Below are positions 7,856-18,661 of a stretch of DNA of 44,709 nt, one piece after another. The translations under genes were made by a program, and so were the position numbers. Numbering within the stretch: the stretch's first letter is position 1; every line of letters begins with the position of its first letter. The notes beneath the pieces are model-generated. The model did no database searches and was not told the DNA's origin. It saw only the letters and a list, made by a program, of their open reading frames with translations. Origin of the DNA: a virus; UHGV virus genome UHGV-0231863; one strand, 5' to 3'.

Positions 7856-10121
7856 TACCGCTAGCTTGATCGTACGAGTATCATCGACCGGCGTCGATAA
7901 AACCACATCACAACTGAACGGGCTTACCAAAGCCGCGGGGGCCGCCGCCGCTGCCGTTGTCAGTCTGGAAACTGCCAAACAGGTGTTCAGTGCGCTGGTG
8001 GACTCCCAGCGCAACTTCGATAAGCTGAACTCCGGCCTCATCACAATGACCGGGAGCGCCGAGAACGCTGCTAAGGCATTCAGCGTCCTGCAACAGTTCG
8101 CAAAAGAAACTCCGTATGGCCTCAATCAGGCGGTAGAGGGGTTTACCAAGCTCGTGGCGCTAGGTCTTAACCCCAGCAAAGAGGCGTTAATATCCTACGG
8201 CAACACCGCCGCAGCTATGGGCAAAGACCTTAACCAAATGATTGAGGCAGTTGCCGACGCCAGTACATTTGAATTTGAGCGCTTAAAAGAGTTCGGTATC
8301 AAGTCTTCCCAACAGGCGGATACAGTTTCGTTTACGTTCCGTGGCGTAACGACCACGGTTAAAAAGAACTCCGAAGAGATTCAGAAATACCTGCTAAATA
8401 TCGGTAACACTGATTTCGCCGGAGCGATGGAGACGCGCTCGAAGACCTTAGATGGTCAGTTATCTAGCCTGGCGGACTCCTTCGATGGTCTTGTTCTTGC
8501 GGTAGCGCAATCCGGTTTTGGCGACGCGGTAGGCGAACAAGCGGCAACAGCGGAAGATGCTATCACCGCACTCACCGACGCCATCGCGTCCAATGAGATC
8601 TCCGCCACGCTCCAGGATTGGGTGACACTGTTCAATGAGTCGTTCAAGTTTATTTCTGATGCCCTGAATGACCTGGCATTCGATACCGAGGACAAATCCG
8701 TTGATATGTCCGACTCGCTGGGGGATATACCGGATGCCATCCGTGAGTGGTTGCCGGATATCCAGCAGACATTCCACGAGGTTATTGCGTGGTTCCAGCG
8801 CATTGACGACTACGCGGTAGCGTTAGGCCAGACCCTTGCTGATGTGTTTGACCCGAGCAAAACGTCGGCGCTCACATTTAAAAAACTGACTGCAGAGGCT
8901 GATGCCGCATACGACGCCAGTATAAAACGTGCAGAGGCCGAATCCCAAGCCATTACCGACAGGTCTAAGCAGCGTAAGAAAGAAATTGAGGAACAGCGCA
9001 AGCAGTACGACGAGCGTAAGAAGCAAGAAATTGACTTAGCCAGCCTTGTTAATAAAAAGGGCGGAACTGGTGGGGTGGGGACAACCGACGATAAAGCAGC
9101 AAAAGCCGCCGCCAAGAAAGCAGAGCAATTGCGGAATCAGGCGCAAGATTACCTCGACACTTTGGCCCGTCAGAACAACGACGAGTTAAAGGCTATCGAC
9201 GCGCAGGAACAGCAGAAACTGGCTAAGGCAAAAGAGTTCTACAGCCAGGGCGCGTTGTCCCTGAAAGAATATGAACAAGCTAAAACAGCTATCGTCCTCG
9301 AAGCCGGGCAAAAACGACAAGATGAACTGGATAAACGCCAGAAAGAAGCCCAGGAAAAGCAGCAGAAAGGTGACGACTTCATGGCTCAGATTATGGGTCA
9401 GAACGCTACTGAGCTTGAGCTTCTCGACATCCAGGAACAGCAGAAACTGGCGGTAGCGGATAAGTACCGCGAGCAGGGTTTGATTAGCGAGAAGCAGTAT
9501 CAGGCCGCTCTTAACGCCATCAACGAGCAATACGCAACCAAACGTGCCGATGCAACGGCAACGGCCTTTGGTAACATGGCCTCAAACATCGGGTCTGCGT
9601 TGGGTGAGGCTTCTGGCGCGTACAAGGCATTCGCTATCGTACAGGCCACTATCGCCACGTACACCGCAGCTATTGAGGCGTACAAGTCAACGGCAGCTAT
9701 CCCTGTAGTTGGCCCGTTCCTGGCCCCTGTAGCCGCTGCCGCTGCCGTTGGTGCAGGTATGGCGCAGGTTTCCGCTATCCGGTCCGCGCGTGAACAGGGC
9801 GGACAGTTATCCGCAGGGCAGGCTTCCACCATCGCAGAACGCGGTAAACCAGAAGTTATTATGCCGGCTGGCGCATCTCGTGTTCGCACAGCACAGCAGA
9901 TGAAAGAAATTATGGGGCAAAACGGGTCTTCTTCCGGCCCGTCTAATGTTACTATCGTAAACAACACGAGTTCTCAAATCGGCAACGTATCCACTGAGCA
10001 AGATGATGAAGGCCGTTTGCGAATCATCATCGAGGAGCATGTGGCTGCCTCTTTGCAGAACAGCAACAGCAAGATTAGCAAGGCCCGCAAAGCCACAAGA
10101 AATGCGCCGGGGTTTAAATAA
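7848..10121 (+). CDS. tail tape measure protein
   Basis: ~758 aa from ATG 7848; long coiled-coil Ala/Gln/Lys/Glu-rich centre; follows chaperone pair. Confidence 0.85.
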   Translation: MADTASLIVRVSSTGVDKTTSQLNGLTKAAGAAAAAVVSLETAKQVFSALVDSQRNFDKLNSGLITMTGSAENAAKAFSVLQQFAKETPYGLNQAVEGFTKLVALGLNPSKEALISYGNTAAAMGKDLNQMIEAVADASTFEFERLKEFGIKSSQQADTVSFTFRGVTTTVKKNSEEIQKYLLNIGNTDFAGAMETRSKTLDGQLSSLADSFDGLVLAVAQSGFGDAVGEQAATAEDAITALTDAIASNEISATLQDWVTLFNESFKFISDALNDLAFDTEDKSVDMSDSLGDIPDAIREWLPDIQQTFHEVIAWFQRIDDYAVALGQTLADVFDPSKTSALTFKKLTAEADAAYDASIKRAEAESQAITDRSKQRKKEIEEQRKQYDERKKQEIDLASLVNKKGGTGGVGTTDDKAAKAAAKKAEQLRNQAQDYLDTLARQNNDELKAIDAQEQQKLAKAKEFYSQGALSLKEYEQAKTAIVLEAGQKRQDELDKRQKEAQEKQQKGDDFMAQIMGQNATELELLDIQEQQKLAVADKYREQGLISEKQYQAALNAINEQYATKRADATATAFGNMASNIGSALGEASGAYKAFAIVQATIATYTAAIEAYKSTAAIPVVGPFLAPVAAAAAVGAGMAQVSAIRSAREQGGQLSAGQASTIAERGKPEVIMPAGASRVRTAQQMKEIMGQNGSSSGPSNVTIVNNTSSQIGNVSTEQDDEGRLRIIIEEHVAASLQNSNSKISKARKATRNAPGFK

Positions 10122-10621
10122 TGAGCGACTTATATTTCCCACGTAGCCTTAAGCCAATTGTATCGAAAGGCTACTCAATGACCAGACGTAACAACGTCTG
10201 GAGTGTAGATTTAGCCGGTGGCGGGGTGCGTCAGGGCCGTGACACGTATTACGACGTGTTCCCTGTTAGCGTAACCCTGATTACATCCGCAATGGGTCGA
10301 CAGGCGTTTCTGTCGTTCCTCGAAAAAGTAGACGGCGGTGCGTCAAGTTTCTGGATGGCGCACGACTTCGGCATGGGCATCGAAGATTATCAGGTAACCA
10401 TTACGTCCACTATCGCCGAGTCCACCGAAGACGGGATTAACTGGACAATCACCTTCACGGCAACCGCCGAGAAATCGCCGTTCCAGGACCTTGAGAACCA
10501 GTGCCTGATTAACAATCTGCCAGATTTGTACGGTTGCTATGGTGACGGGCTGGGGTGTTTCCTTAAAGCCTACGGAACTGCACAATCAACGTTTCCACGA
10601 ATTTGGGACCCGATGCAATGA
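10121..10621 (+). CDS. minor tail protein (gpM-like position)
   Basis: First ORF after tape measure, start overlaps its stop. Confidence 0.45.
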   Translation: MSDLYFPRSLKPIVSKGYSMTRRNNVWSVDLAGGGVRQGRDTYYDVFPVSVTLITSAMGRQAFLSFLEKVDGGASSFWMAHDFGMGIEDYQVTITSTIAESTEDGINWTITFTATAEKSPFQDLENQCLINNLPDLYGCYGDGLGCFLKAYGTAQSTFPRIWDPMQ

Positions 10622-11133
10622 GTCAGGAATCAGTAGAAGCAGCCTATCGCCATAAGCTGGCCTCAAATCCCGACGGCGAGATGGACTACATCACGTTGCA
10701 AATCAGTCACCCGTTGCTATCGAAGACGTACTATCTTGTGCGCGGGCTGCAGGAACTTACGGCAACACTGGAGACGGGCGAAACAATCACGTTCGAACCT
10801 ACCCCGATGGAGGCGTCGGGTGCCGCTAACAACAGTGATATGGACCAGACGACCTCGTTTACTTTACCGGATATTCTCAATCAACTGGATGATGAGATGG
10901 ATAAAATCCCGATGAGTAACACCGAGTTGCCGAAGTTCGTCTTCCGCCGTTATGTCAGCACCGACCTGTCTTATCCCGCTGACGGTCCTGTCGTGTACGA
11001 GTTGCAGGCCATCAACCAGGAGAAAGGCGAGTTCTCTGCGGATGTTGGTACGCCTATGCTGAACCAACGAAGCACTGGTATACTGATGACACCTAAAGAG
11101 ATACCGTTATTACGCGGCCTGTTGACCACATGA
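10603..11133 (+). CDS. minor tail protein (gpL-like position)
   Basis: Second post-tape-measure ORF, overlapping neighbours. Confidence 0.45.
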   Translation: MGPDAMSQESVEAAYRHKLASNPDGEMDYITLQISHPLLSKTYYLVRGLQELTATLETGETITFEPTPMEASGAANNSDMDQTTSFTLPDILNQLDDEMDKIPMSNTELPKFVFRRYVSTDLSYPADGPVVYELQAINQEKGEFSADVGTPMLNQRSTGILMTPKEIPLLRGLLTT

Positions 11134-11495
11134 ATATTAACGACTACACGGGAATACCTTACGACTTTCGCAAACGCAATTGCTGGCATCACGTGCGCAT
11201 TGTACGTGCGGACGCCGGGTTAGAAACCCCGGCTTTCGATGTTACAAGCCCAACGGCAATTAACGACGCGTTTGACGAAGGGCATCGCAACACGAAGGGG
11301 CTTACAAAAATTGATAAGCCTGAAAACTTCTGTGCGGTGCTTATGGGGTATCGCCGTGGTGGTCGTATCGTGTGGCATGCAGGAGTATACTTCGACGGGA
11401 TGGTTAGCCATTGCGAGCTTGCTTCCCGTCAGGTACGGCTTGACAGGCTGGCGGACCTCAGAGACACGTACACGGAGATTGAATTTTGGCGATAA
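11130..11495 (+). CDS. tail assembly protein (gpK-like position)
   Basis: 121-aa ORF with conserved Cys/His residues (NCWHH), third post-tape-measure gene. Confidence 0.4.
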   Translation: MNINDYTGIPYDFRKRNCWHHVRIVRADAGLETPAFDVTSPTAINDAFDEGHRNTKGLTKIDKPENFCAVLMGYRRGGRIVWHAGVYFDGMVSHCELASRQVRLDRLADLRDTYTEIEFWR

Positions 11496-14041
11496 TCCTG
11501 CACTACACGCGAAACGCTGATGGCGCTTTTGACCGTACAAAACACGTCGGGATGCCGATGGAGTTTGTCGTTAACCGTATCCCGGACGGCGTGCCGGTGC
11601 GCGTCTACCTGGGCGAGATTGGCGATGATACTGATGTCACCGACGACTTCGACGCGCTTAAAGATGAAGACGCTGTGTACCACATTATTGAGGGTGCGGG
11701 TAGCGGGGCGCTCGGTGCGGTTAGTAAGGTGTTTGGTTTTATCCTTAAGCCAATCGCCAAGTTGTTTGGCCTGAACACGGACGCCAACGCCAACTACACG
11801 GCGACTAACAACCAGACAACATCGCCAAATAACAGCCTCACAGACCGCTCAAACAAACCACGCCCTTACGAGCGCTCCTATGACATCTGCGGGACTGTGC
11901 AGACAATCCCTAATGACCTGATGCAGACGTATAAGGCGTTCAACTCCACTGGTGCTTTGCTGGAGTATTCGTACTATGACGCAGGGCGCGGACATCTGCA
12001 TATTGAGGCTGATGGCGTCACAGAGGGCGACACCCTGATAAGCGACATCACAGGTTCATCGGTTGCCGTATATGCGCCGTATACGTCACCGAACAACACC
12101 GCATCTCCGCAACTACAAATCGGCGACGTCATTGACCAGAAACTCTATGTGACATACTCCAACGACGACGTTGACGGTATTGTGCTGAAAGCGCCAAACG
12201 ACATCGGAGCTAACCCAAGCGCCGACGGCACAGCTAAACGTATTTCAAACACTGGCTACATCTATGATCCGTCAGGCGACTCTGCTTTTTCTGAGTTTCT
12301 TAGTGTTGGTGATGTCGCAGTGTTGAGCAATTTCGACGTTAAGGACGTCACTAACCTGAACGGCTCGTTTGAAGTTTTATACGTCGACGACTTTGAGGTT
12401 CGGTTGTACGTCGGGGATATAGGTAACTGGGGCAACCTTAATAACGGAGAGACTTACGCACTTACAGAGCGTTCGGATACGTTTATAGGCCCAAGCAACA
12501 CCTATCACGTATCTCTTACGGACTGGTATTACATGGTGCGCGGAGAGGTTGACCGGGTACTTGCTAACGTTGCCGGGCAGAACGGCCTCTACAAATACGA
12601 CGGAGGCTATAACCGCACCAGTGTAACGGTGGAACTCCAGTACCAGATGATTGATTCTCAGCGTAACCCGTTGAGCGATATTTACACGGTACAGGCCACA
12701 ATTACAGGCAACAATACGGATTACGTCGGTACGTCTATCTACGGGCAATTGCCGACCGCGTCCCGTTTCCGCGCCCGTATGCGTCGTGTAACTAATTTCG
12801 ATAAAGACTACAACGGTACGGTAAGCGACGAGATAACATTCATTAACCTGTATGGGCAGTCTCTGGACACCACTCCACACTACGGCAACAGAACTACCGT
12901 ACATTGCACCCGTAAACAGACGCCGCGTGCCGCCAGCATAGACAACCCGGAACTGCGCATGATTGCAACCGAGATGTGTTACAAATACCTCGGCAATGGG
13001 GTATTCGATACAGTAATGACACCGAACACGCAAGCCGTACAATCTCTAATTCGACTGGCGCGCGACCCCGCAGTAGGCAATCTGGAACTGACAACGGCAA
13101 ACATGGACAAGTTACTTGCTGTGCAGGAAGAAATTGAGTCCTATTTCGGAAGTGAATTAGCAGGGCAATTCTGCTACACGTTCGACGACTATGACACAAC
13201 CATGCAGGACATCGTCCAGACCATAGCGGAAGCCGTTTTCTGTACTGCGTACCGTAAAGGTGCGGATATTATGCTGCGATTCGACCGTCCTGTCGCGGGG
13301 CCTGAAATGGTGTTCACCCACCGCAGCAAAACTACCGGTACCGAGAAATGGACCCGCACGTTCAACGATTCGACAACCTACGATAGCCTGTCGTTCTCAT
13401 ACATCGACCCGGATACTAACGTACAGGAAACGATTTACATCCCGGAAGAACTCGGGGCAAATACAGAGGAATACGAATCGAAGGGCGTACGTAACTATCA
13501 GCAGGCGTATTGGCTGGCGTGGCGTCGCTATCAGCGCAATGCGTTAAGTAAAGTTGTCGTAGAGTTTGAAGCTACCGAAGAAGGTGCGCTCGCTACTCCA
13601 GGCGGTGTAATCAGCGTAGTTAAAGGCTCGCGTATTGCGCCACAGGACGGCTATGTTGCTGCCGTTAATGGGCTTACGCTGGCACTGTCACAGCCGGTTA
13701 CGTTTACTCCGGGTGATGACCACTCCATCATCCTCAAGAAGCGCGATGGCTCTGTACAGAGTATCTCCGTTATCAAAGGAAGCCACGACCGCGAAGTGAT
13801 TATGCTCTCCGCGCCGGAAGAAGCAATCTACACGGGGAATAGCGCACTAAAAACTGAGTTTTCATTCGGCAACGAAGCAAGGCATAATGCTCAGAAGATA
13901 GTTGTTTCTTCAATCGACCCTGGCGACGACCGCACGGTCAAGATTACTGGCTACAACTATGACGACGGATTCTACAAATACGACGGCGTCGCGCCATACG
14001 GCAGCGGTTTCTCCGACGGATTCAGCAATGGTTTTAATTAA
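11486..14041 (+). CDS. tail tip / central fibre protein (gpJ-like)
   Basis: 851-aa protein closing the tail-tip block. Confidence 0.5.
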   Translation: MAIILHYTRNADGAFDRTKHVGMPMEFVVNRIPDGVPVRVYLGEIGDDTDVTDDFDALKDEDAVYHIIEGAGSGALGAVSKVFGFILKPIAKLFGLNTDANANYTATNNQTTSPNNSLTDRSNKPRPYERSYDICGTVQTIPNDLMQTYKAFNSTGALLEYSYYDAGRGHLHIEADGVTEGDTLISDITGSSVAVYAPYTSPNNTASPQLQIGDVIDQKLYVTYSNDDVDGIVLKAPNDIGANPSADGTAKRISNTGYIYDPSGDSAFSEFLSVGDVAVLSNFDVKDVTNLNGSFEVLYVDDFEVRLYVGDIGNWGNLNNGETYALTERSDTFIGPSNTYHVSLTDWYYMVRGEVDRVLANVAGQNGLYKYDGGYNRTSVTVELQYQMIDSQRNPLSDIYTVQATITGNNTDYVGTSIYGQLPTASRFRARMRRVTNFDKDYNGTVSDEITFINLYGQSLDTTPHYGNRTTVHCTRKQTPRAASIDNPELRMIATEMCYKYLGNGVFDTVMTPNTQAVQSLIRLARDPAVGNLELTTANMDKLLAVQEEIESYFGSELAGQFCYTFDDYDTTMQDIVQTIAEAVFCTAYRKGADIMLRFDRPVAGPEMVFTHRSKTTGTEKWTRTFNDSTTYDSLSFSYIDPDTNVQETIYIPEELGANTEEYESKGVRNYQQAYWLAWRRYQRNALSKVVVEFEATEEGALATPGGVISVVKGSRIAPQDGYVAAVNGLTLALSQPVTFTPGDDHSIILKKRDGSVQSISVIKGSHDREVIMLSAPEEAIYTGNSALKTEFSFGNEARHNAQKIVVSSIDPGDDRTVKITGYNYDDGFYKYDGVAPYGSGFSDGFSNGFN

Positions 14042-14053
14042 AGAGGACTCTAT

Positions 14054-17008
14054 ATGTCAAGCGGATGCGGTGACGTTTTAAGCCTGGCGGATTTACAAAC
14101 CGCCAAGAAACATCAGATTTTCGAGGCCGAGGTTATCACTGGCAAATCCGGCGGTGTCGCCGGTGGTGCCGATATTGATTACGCGACAAATCAGGTTACT
14201 GGACAGACCCAGAAGACGTTACCTGCCGTGTTGCGTGATGCTGGTTTTAAACTGGCAGATTTTGATTTCACGTCAGGCGGTACACTATCCGCTAACGACC
14301 GAAACACCGCAGTTTTGTGGCCGTCGTCCTCTGGCGGTGACGGGGATTGGTACTATTGGTTGGGTGCTCTACCAAAAATTATCCCGGCGTCATCTTCTCC
14401 GCAGTCCACCGGTGGCGTGGCAGATGGGGCGTGGCAGCCTGTCGGGTCGGTCATACTGCGGCAGCAAATATCTGATGTAAACGGTGCAATTCTGTACCCA
14501 GATTTACATGTGGCGCGATGGAAGGACGAATACGACCCGCGCGCATGGGGCGCCGTGGGCGACGGCGTAACTGATGATACTCAATCTATTTTTAATGTAT
14601 TAGCAGCTTCCCCCAACAATTGGATTATAGACGGCAGGGGTTTGACTTATAAAGTTTCCCAATTACCTGACATTAGTAAATTTAAGAATGCTGCATTCGT
14701 TTACGAGCGCGTAGCCGGGCAACCGCTTACTTATGTAGCTGATGGCTTCTTTAACGGCTCACTAACTAAGGTGACGGATACCCCGTTCTACAACGCATGG
14801 ACGCAGGATAAAACTTTCGTCTACGACCATGTTATTTACGCCCCGTTTATGGCGGGCGAACGACATGGTGTTCAAAACTTACATGTAGCTTGGGTTCGCT
14901 CTGGAGACGACGGGCAGACTTGGTCAATGCCTGAGTGGTTGACTCCAATCCATGCTGACTATAATGCTAGTGTTTCTACGGACAGAGTTAACTACCACTG
15001 CATGAGCATGGGTACGTGCGGCAACCGATTATATGCAGTTATAGAAACCCGCTACTTATCTAATATGCAGATGAAGAAGGCAGAACTTTGGTCACGCCCA
15101 ATGCCGTATTTTAGACACCCAACCGGCGGAATAACTATTAGTTCTGGCTCCACTACTGCTACCATTGTCATAGAAAATCATGGCCTAAAAGCAGGAGATG
15201 CGGTTAACTTCTCTAATACATCGGCAACCGGCGTATCGGGTAATATGACGGTTGCGTCTATAATTAACCGAAATACGTTCACTGTTACGCTCTCAAGCCC
15301 TGCGGGCTCCACCATAAACAATGCGGGGGTTACCTGGAACTTCGCAACGCGATTCTGGGACAGCCCATGGGAAATTACCGAATTGCCGGGGGTGGCATAC
15401 TCCACTAACGCTGATTTGTGTGTCACGGAGACACATAGTTTTGCGGTTATAGATGATGCTAACTACACTATCGCTGTCGGCTATCACAACGGCGATGTGT
15501 CTCCTCGGCGTCTCGGTGTCTTGTATTTTAGTAACGTGTATGACAATCCAGGCGTATTCGTTCGTCGCACTGTCGCTCAGGCATACGCTGATAACGCTTC
15601 TGAGCCGTGTGTGAAAAGTTATGGCGGTGTGCTCTACCTTACCACACGCGGCACATTACCTACTTCCCCCGGCTCTACACTGGCGATGAGCACCGATTCT
15701 GGGCAAAACTGGAGCTACTTGCGATTCCCGAACAATGTACATCACTCCAATCTTCCGTTCGCTAAAGTAGGTGACTATCTCTACATCTTTGGTACAGAAC
15801 GTGCATTTGGTGAGTGGGAAGGTGGCGAGCCGGACAGCCGCTATGAAGGTTCGTATCCGAGGACCTTTATGTGCAAAGTCGATGTGTCGTCCTGGCCTTC
15901 ATCTTTAGATGATGTTCAGTGGTTTAATATTACCGACCAAATATACCAGGGCCATATCGTTAACACTGCCGTCGGCGTCGGCTCTGTCTGTGTTAAAGAT
16001 GGCTGGTTGTACTATATCTTTGGAGGGGAAGACTTCTTCTCTCCCTGGAGCATCGGGGATAACAGTGCGAGGTTATGGTACAAACATGATGGGCACCCGG
16101 CTGACTTATATAGCTACCGGATAAAGATTGAAGACCACCCGTATGTATCACGTGATTTCAAATACGGAGCAACTCCTAACCGTACAATACCTGTCGCCAT
16201 GGGGGTAGATGGTGTACGCCATGTAGAAGCACCTTTAACGTTTGACAATGATGTAAGCGTGTACTCCCTGCATGTAACTGGTCTGGAATACGATGGCACA
16301 CAACAGTCTGCCGTGCGTGCACGGTTTGATGGTGATTACGGGCTGATTTCAAAAACAGTCCCCACTAAAACCCCATCGGGTCAAAGACTGATAGTTAGCG
16401 GTGGTGATGGTGCATCCCGTTCCGATGGTGCGTTGCTGCAACTGTACGGGGCAAACAATGCAACACCTAACAGGGCTATTATGTATGCGTCAGGAGGCTT
16501 CTACTCATACAACAATTTCCTTCCTTACTTAGACTCGCAAGTGTCTTTAGGTTCGGCGGGTAATAGGTGGACTACGGTGTACGCTACCACCGGTACGATA
16601 AACACGTCTGATGGTACACTTAAGACGAACAAAGAGGAAATTGAGGGACAACTCCTTACCGCATGGGAGGATATACATGTAATATCTTTTAAGTGGCTTG
16701 AAAGCCTAGCAATCAAGGGTGACACTGCAAGGATACACTTCGGTGTGATAGCCCAAGATGTGCGAGACATCTTGGTCAACCATGGGCTTATGGAGGAGGG
16801 TTCTACAGACTGTAAATATGCTTTCTTGTGCTACGACTCAATTGAAGCTACGTATGATATTGATGAAGATGGTCAGACTGTACAAGTACCCCCTCCCGGC
16901 GGCAGATGGGGGGTTAGGGCGGACCAGATGTTCTTCATAGAGATTGCGTATCAGCGTAAGAAGATGCGCGAGTTCGAGAAGAGGCTGGCAGCGCTAGAAG
17001 CCAAATAA
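14054..17008 (+). CDS. tailspike with sialidase-type (Asp-box) domain and C-terminal intramolecular chaperone
   Basis: GAVGDGVTDDT entry motif; two Asp-boxes SGDDGQTW and STDSGQNW; C-terminal SDGTLKTNKEEIEG auto-cleaving chaperone motif; central part AT-rich. Confidence 0.75.
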   Translation: MSSGCGDVLSLADLQTAKKHQIFEAEVITGKSGGVAGGADIDYATNQVTGQTQKTLPAVLRDAGFKLADFDFTSGGTLSANDRNTAVLWPSSSGGDGDWYYWLGALPKIIPASSSPQSTGGVADGAWQPVGSVILRQQISDVNGAILYPDLHVARWKDEYDPRAWGAVGDGVTDDTQSIFNVLAASPNNWIIDGRGLTYKVSQLPDISKFKNAAFVYERVAGQPLTYVADGFFNGSLTKVTDTPFYNAWTQDKTFVYDHVIYAPFMAGERHGVQNLHVAWVRSGDDGQTWSMPEWLTPIHADYNASVSTDRVNYHCMSMGTCGNRLYAVIETRYLSNMQMKKAELWSRPMPYFRHPTGGITISSGSTTATIVIENHGLKAGDAVNFSNTSATGVSGNMTVASIINRNTFTVTLSSPAGSTINNAGVTWNFATRFWDSPWEITELPGVAYSTNADLCVTETHSFAVIDDANYTIAVGYHNGDVSPRRLGVLYFSNVYDNPGVFVRRTVAQAYADNASEPCVKSYGGVLYLTTRGTLPTSPGSTLAMSTDSGQNWSYLRFPNNVHHSNLPFAKVGDYLYIFGTERAFGEWEGGEPDSRYEGSYPRTFMCKVDVSSWPSSLDDVQWFNITDQIYQGHIVNTAVGVGSVCVKDGWLYYIFGGEDFFSPWSIGDNSARLWYKHDGHPADLYSYRIKIEDHPYVSRDFKYGATPNRTIPVAMGVDGVRHVEAPLTFDNDVSVYSLHVTGLEYDGTQQSAVRARFDGDYGLISKTVPTKTPSGQRLIVSGGDGASRSDGALLQLYGANNATPNRAIMYASGGFYSYNNFLPYLDSQVSLGSAGNRWTTVYATTGTINTSDGTLKTNKEEIEGQLLTAWEDIHVISFKWLESLAIKGDTARIHFGVIAQDVRDILVNHGLMEEGSTDCKYAFLCYDSIEATYDIDEDGQTVQVPPPGGRWGVRADQMFFIEIAYQRKKMREFEKRLAALEAK

Positions 17009-17012
17009 AACT

Positions 17013-17036
17013 AAGGCCCCTTTCGGGGCCTTTTCT
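17013..17036. terminator. bidirectional intrinsic terminator
   Basis: AAGGCCCC-tttc-GGGGCCTT + TTTCT between convergent tailspike and leftward operon. Confidence 0.7.
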
Positions 17037-17240
17037 CTACTCTTCTGATAACTTCTCCAGTACAAACGCCAGTTGTGCATTAGCGGCGTCTCTTTGCTGC
17101 CGTAGTCGTAGAACCTCTTCTTCTAGTTCCTTGATACGTTTTATTTCTCGCTTTAACTGCATAGCAAGAAGTTGCTCGCGGGCATTAAGAGCAGATTTTA
17201 CCAATTCGTTGCAGGCGTCAATATCAAACTCATTATTCAT
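17037..17240 (-). CDS. small coiled-coil protein
   Basis: 67 aa, heptad-rich; last gene of leftward operon. Confidence 0.4.
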   Translation of the reverse strand: MNNEFDIDACNELVKSALNAREQLLAMQLKREIKRIKELEEEVLRLRQQRDAANAQLAFVLEKLSEE

Positions 17241-18661
17241 TTCTTACCTCGTCTCTTCATGTAATTAAGCAACTCTTCCTGGACCGATTTCTTCTCGTCA
17301 GTACGCGAGGCAACAACCTCGTCCAGCGTGTCTTTAGCAACGATGTGATAGAGGAACACTGGTCGCTCGTGGCCCGCCTGCTTCTGGCGCACCGGGCCTA
17401 TACGCTCGACAACCTGCAAATAGTGCTCAAGGTTCCAGCCTTGCGAAATAAACGCCAGATGATGTCCGCCGTCCTGTAAATTCAAACCATGGCCGGCTGA
17501 CGCGGGGTGCACGCATAGGATTTCGATTTCGCCACGGTTCCACGCTTCCATCTGCTTATTGCCCTTCGCGCCTTTTGCAAAAGCCTGCGCCTGCGGGAAG
17601 CGCTTGAGGATGCGCTCCAGTTCGTGCTTGAACTGATAGGCGACTAGTAACGGCGCACCCTGCAACTCCTCGGCAATGGACGCCAGCGCGTCCAGTTTCG
17701 TGTCGTGTACTTTCTCCCAGTCTTTGGTTGCTTCGCCGTCTGGCCCAGATACATATACGGCACCGGACGCAATTTGCAAGCACTTCGACGTCTTCGCCGC
17801 AGCGTTAGCAGCTTCCACTTCCCCGCTCTCAAGTTCCGCGAATAACTTCTCCTCCATATCGATGTACGCCTGACGTGCTTTCTTCGGCAGGTCGATTTCA
17901 ACCGTAACAATAATCGGCGCTTCACACCCGAACCACTCAGCGGCGTCAATAGTGAGACTAATGTCTTTCATCTTCTGATGAATCTCATTATCCGCACCCG
18001 GTCGTGCGTGATACTCCCGCGCCATCGCGGATTTCCCTTTCTGTACCGAGTTAAACCAGCGGTCTGTGAATGCCGTGTACGAAGAACCAAGGCGCTCGCC
18101 AGCGTCGATAAACCAGTTCTGCCCCCACAAGTCCTTGAGGCCGTTCGGCGACGGTGTGCCTGTCAGGTTAATGAAACGCTTAACCTTTCCGAACGCCACT
18201 TTGCTTAGCGCCTTAGCCCGTTTGCTTCCTCCAGAACGGCTACGGAAAGATTTAAGCTTCGTGCTCTCATCGGCAACGATAACGGTAAAAGGCCAGTCGT
18301 CTTTGCCGTAGTAGTCAATCAGCCACTCGATAACTTCGTAGTTGGTACACACCACGTTAGCATCTGACTCCAGCGCCGCGATACGGCGCTTCTCTGAACC
18401 TGTCGCGTCTACGACACGCAGACATGGGAAATTCCATTTCTCTTGTTCTGCGGGCCACGTACCGGACGCAACACGTAAAGGGGCCAGAATTAACACTCGG
18501 TCGTCGTCATTAAGTTGCCCATTACGGAACAGTCGATTGAGAACCCACAACGTTGACCCCGACTTACCGCTGCCCATGCTCGCCCAGATATTGCAGCGAT
18601 GGTGCCGCAGCATGAACGAAGTCATGAGCTTCTGGTATTCGCGCCTTTGAAACTTACTCAT
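17237..18661 (-). CDS. SF2 DNA helicase (SNF2/DEAD-like)
   Basis: Walker A GSGKSGST, motif II VIVADESTKLK, C-terminal helicase block. Confidence 0.75.
   Translation of the reverse strand: MSKFQRREYQKLMTSFMLRHHRCNIWASMGSGKSGSTLWVLNRLFRNGQLNDDDRVLILAPLRVASGTWPAEQEKWNFPCLRVVDATGSEKRRIAALESDANVVCTNYEVIEWLIDYYGKDDWPFTVIVADESTKLKSFRSRSGGSKRAKALSKVAFGKVKRFINLTGTPSPNGLKDLWGQNWFIDAGERLGSSYTAFTDRWFNSVQKGKSAMAREYHARPGADNEIHQKMKDISLTIDAAEWFGCEAPIIVTVEIDLPKKARQAYIDMEEKLFAELESGEVEAANAAAKTSKCLQIASGAVYVSGPDGEATKDWEKVHDTKLDALASIAEELQGAPLLVAYQFKHELERILKRFPQAQAFAKGAKGNKQMEAWNRGEIEILCVHPASAGHGLNLQDGGHHLAFISQGWNLEHYLQVVERIGPVRQKQAGHERPVFLYHIVAKDTLDEVVASRTDEKKSVQEELLNYMKRRGKK

Noticed and set aside
12377-13042. 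221-aa minus-strand ORF
   Set aside because: Lies inside the tail-tip gene on the opposite strand with no expression signals.
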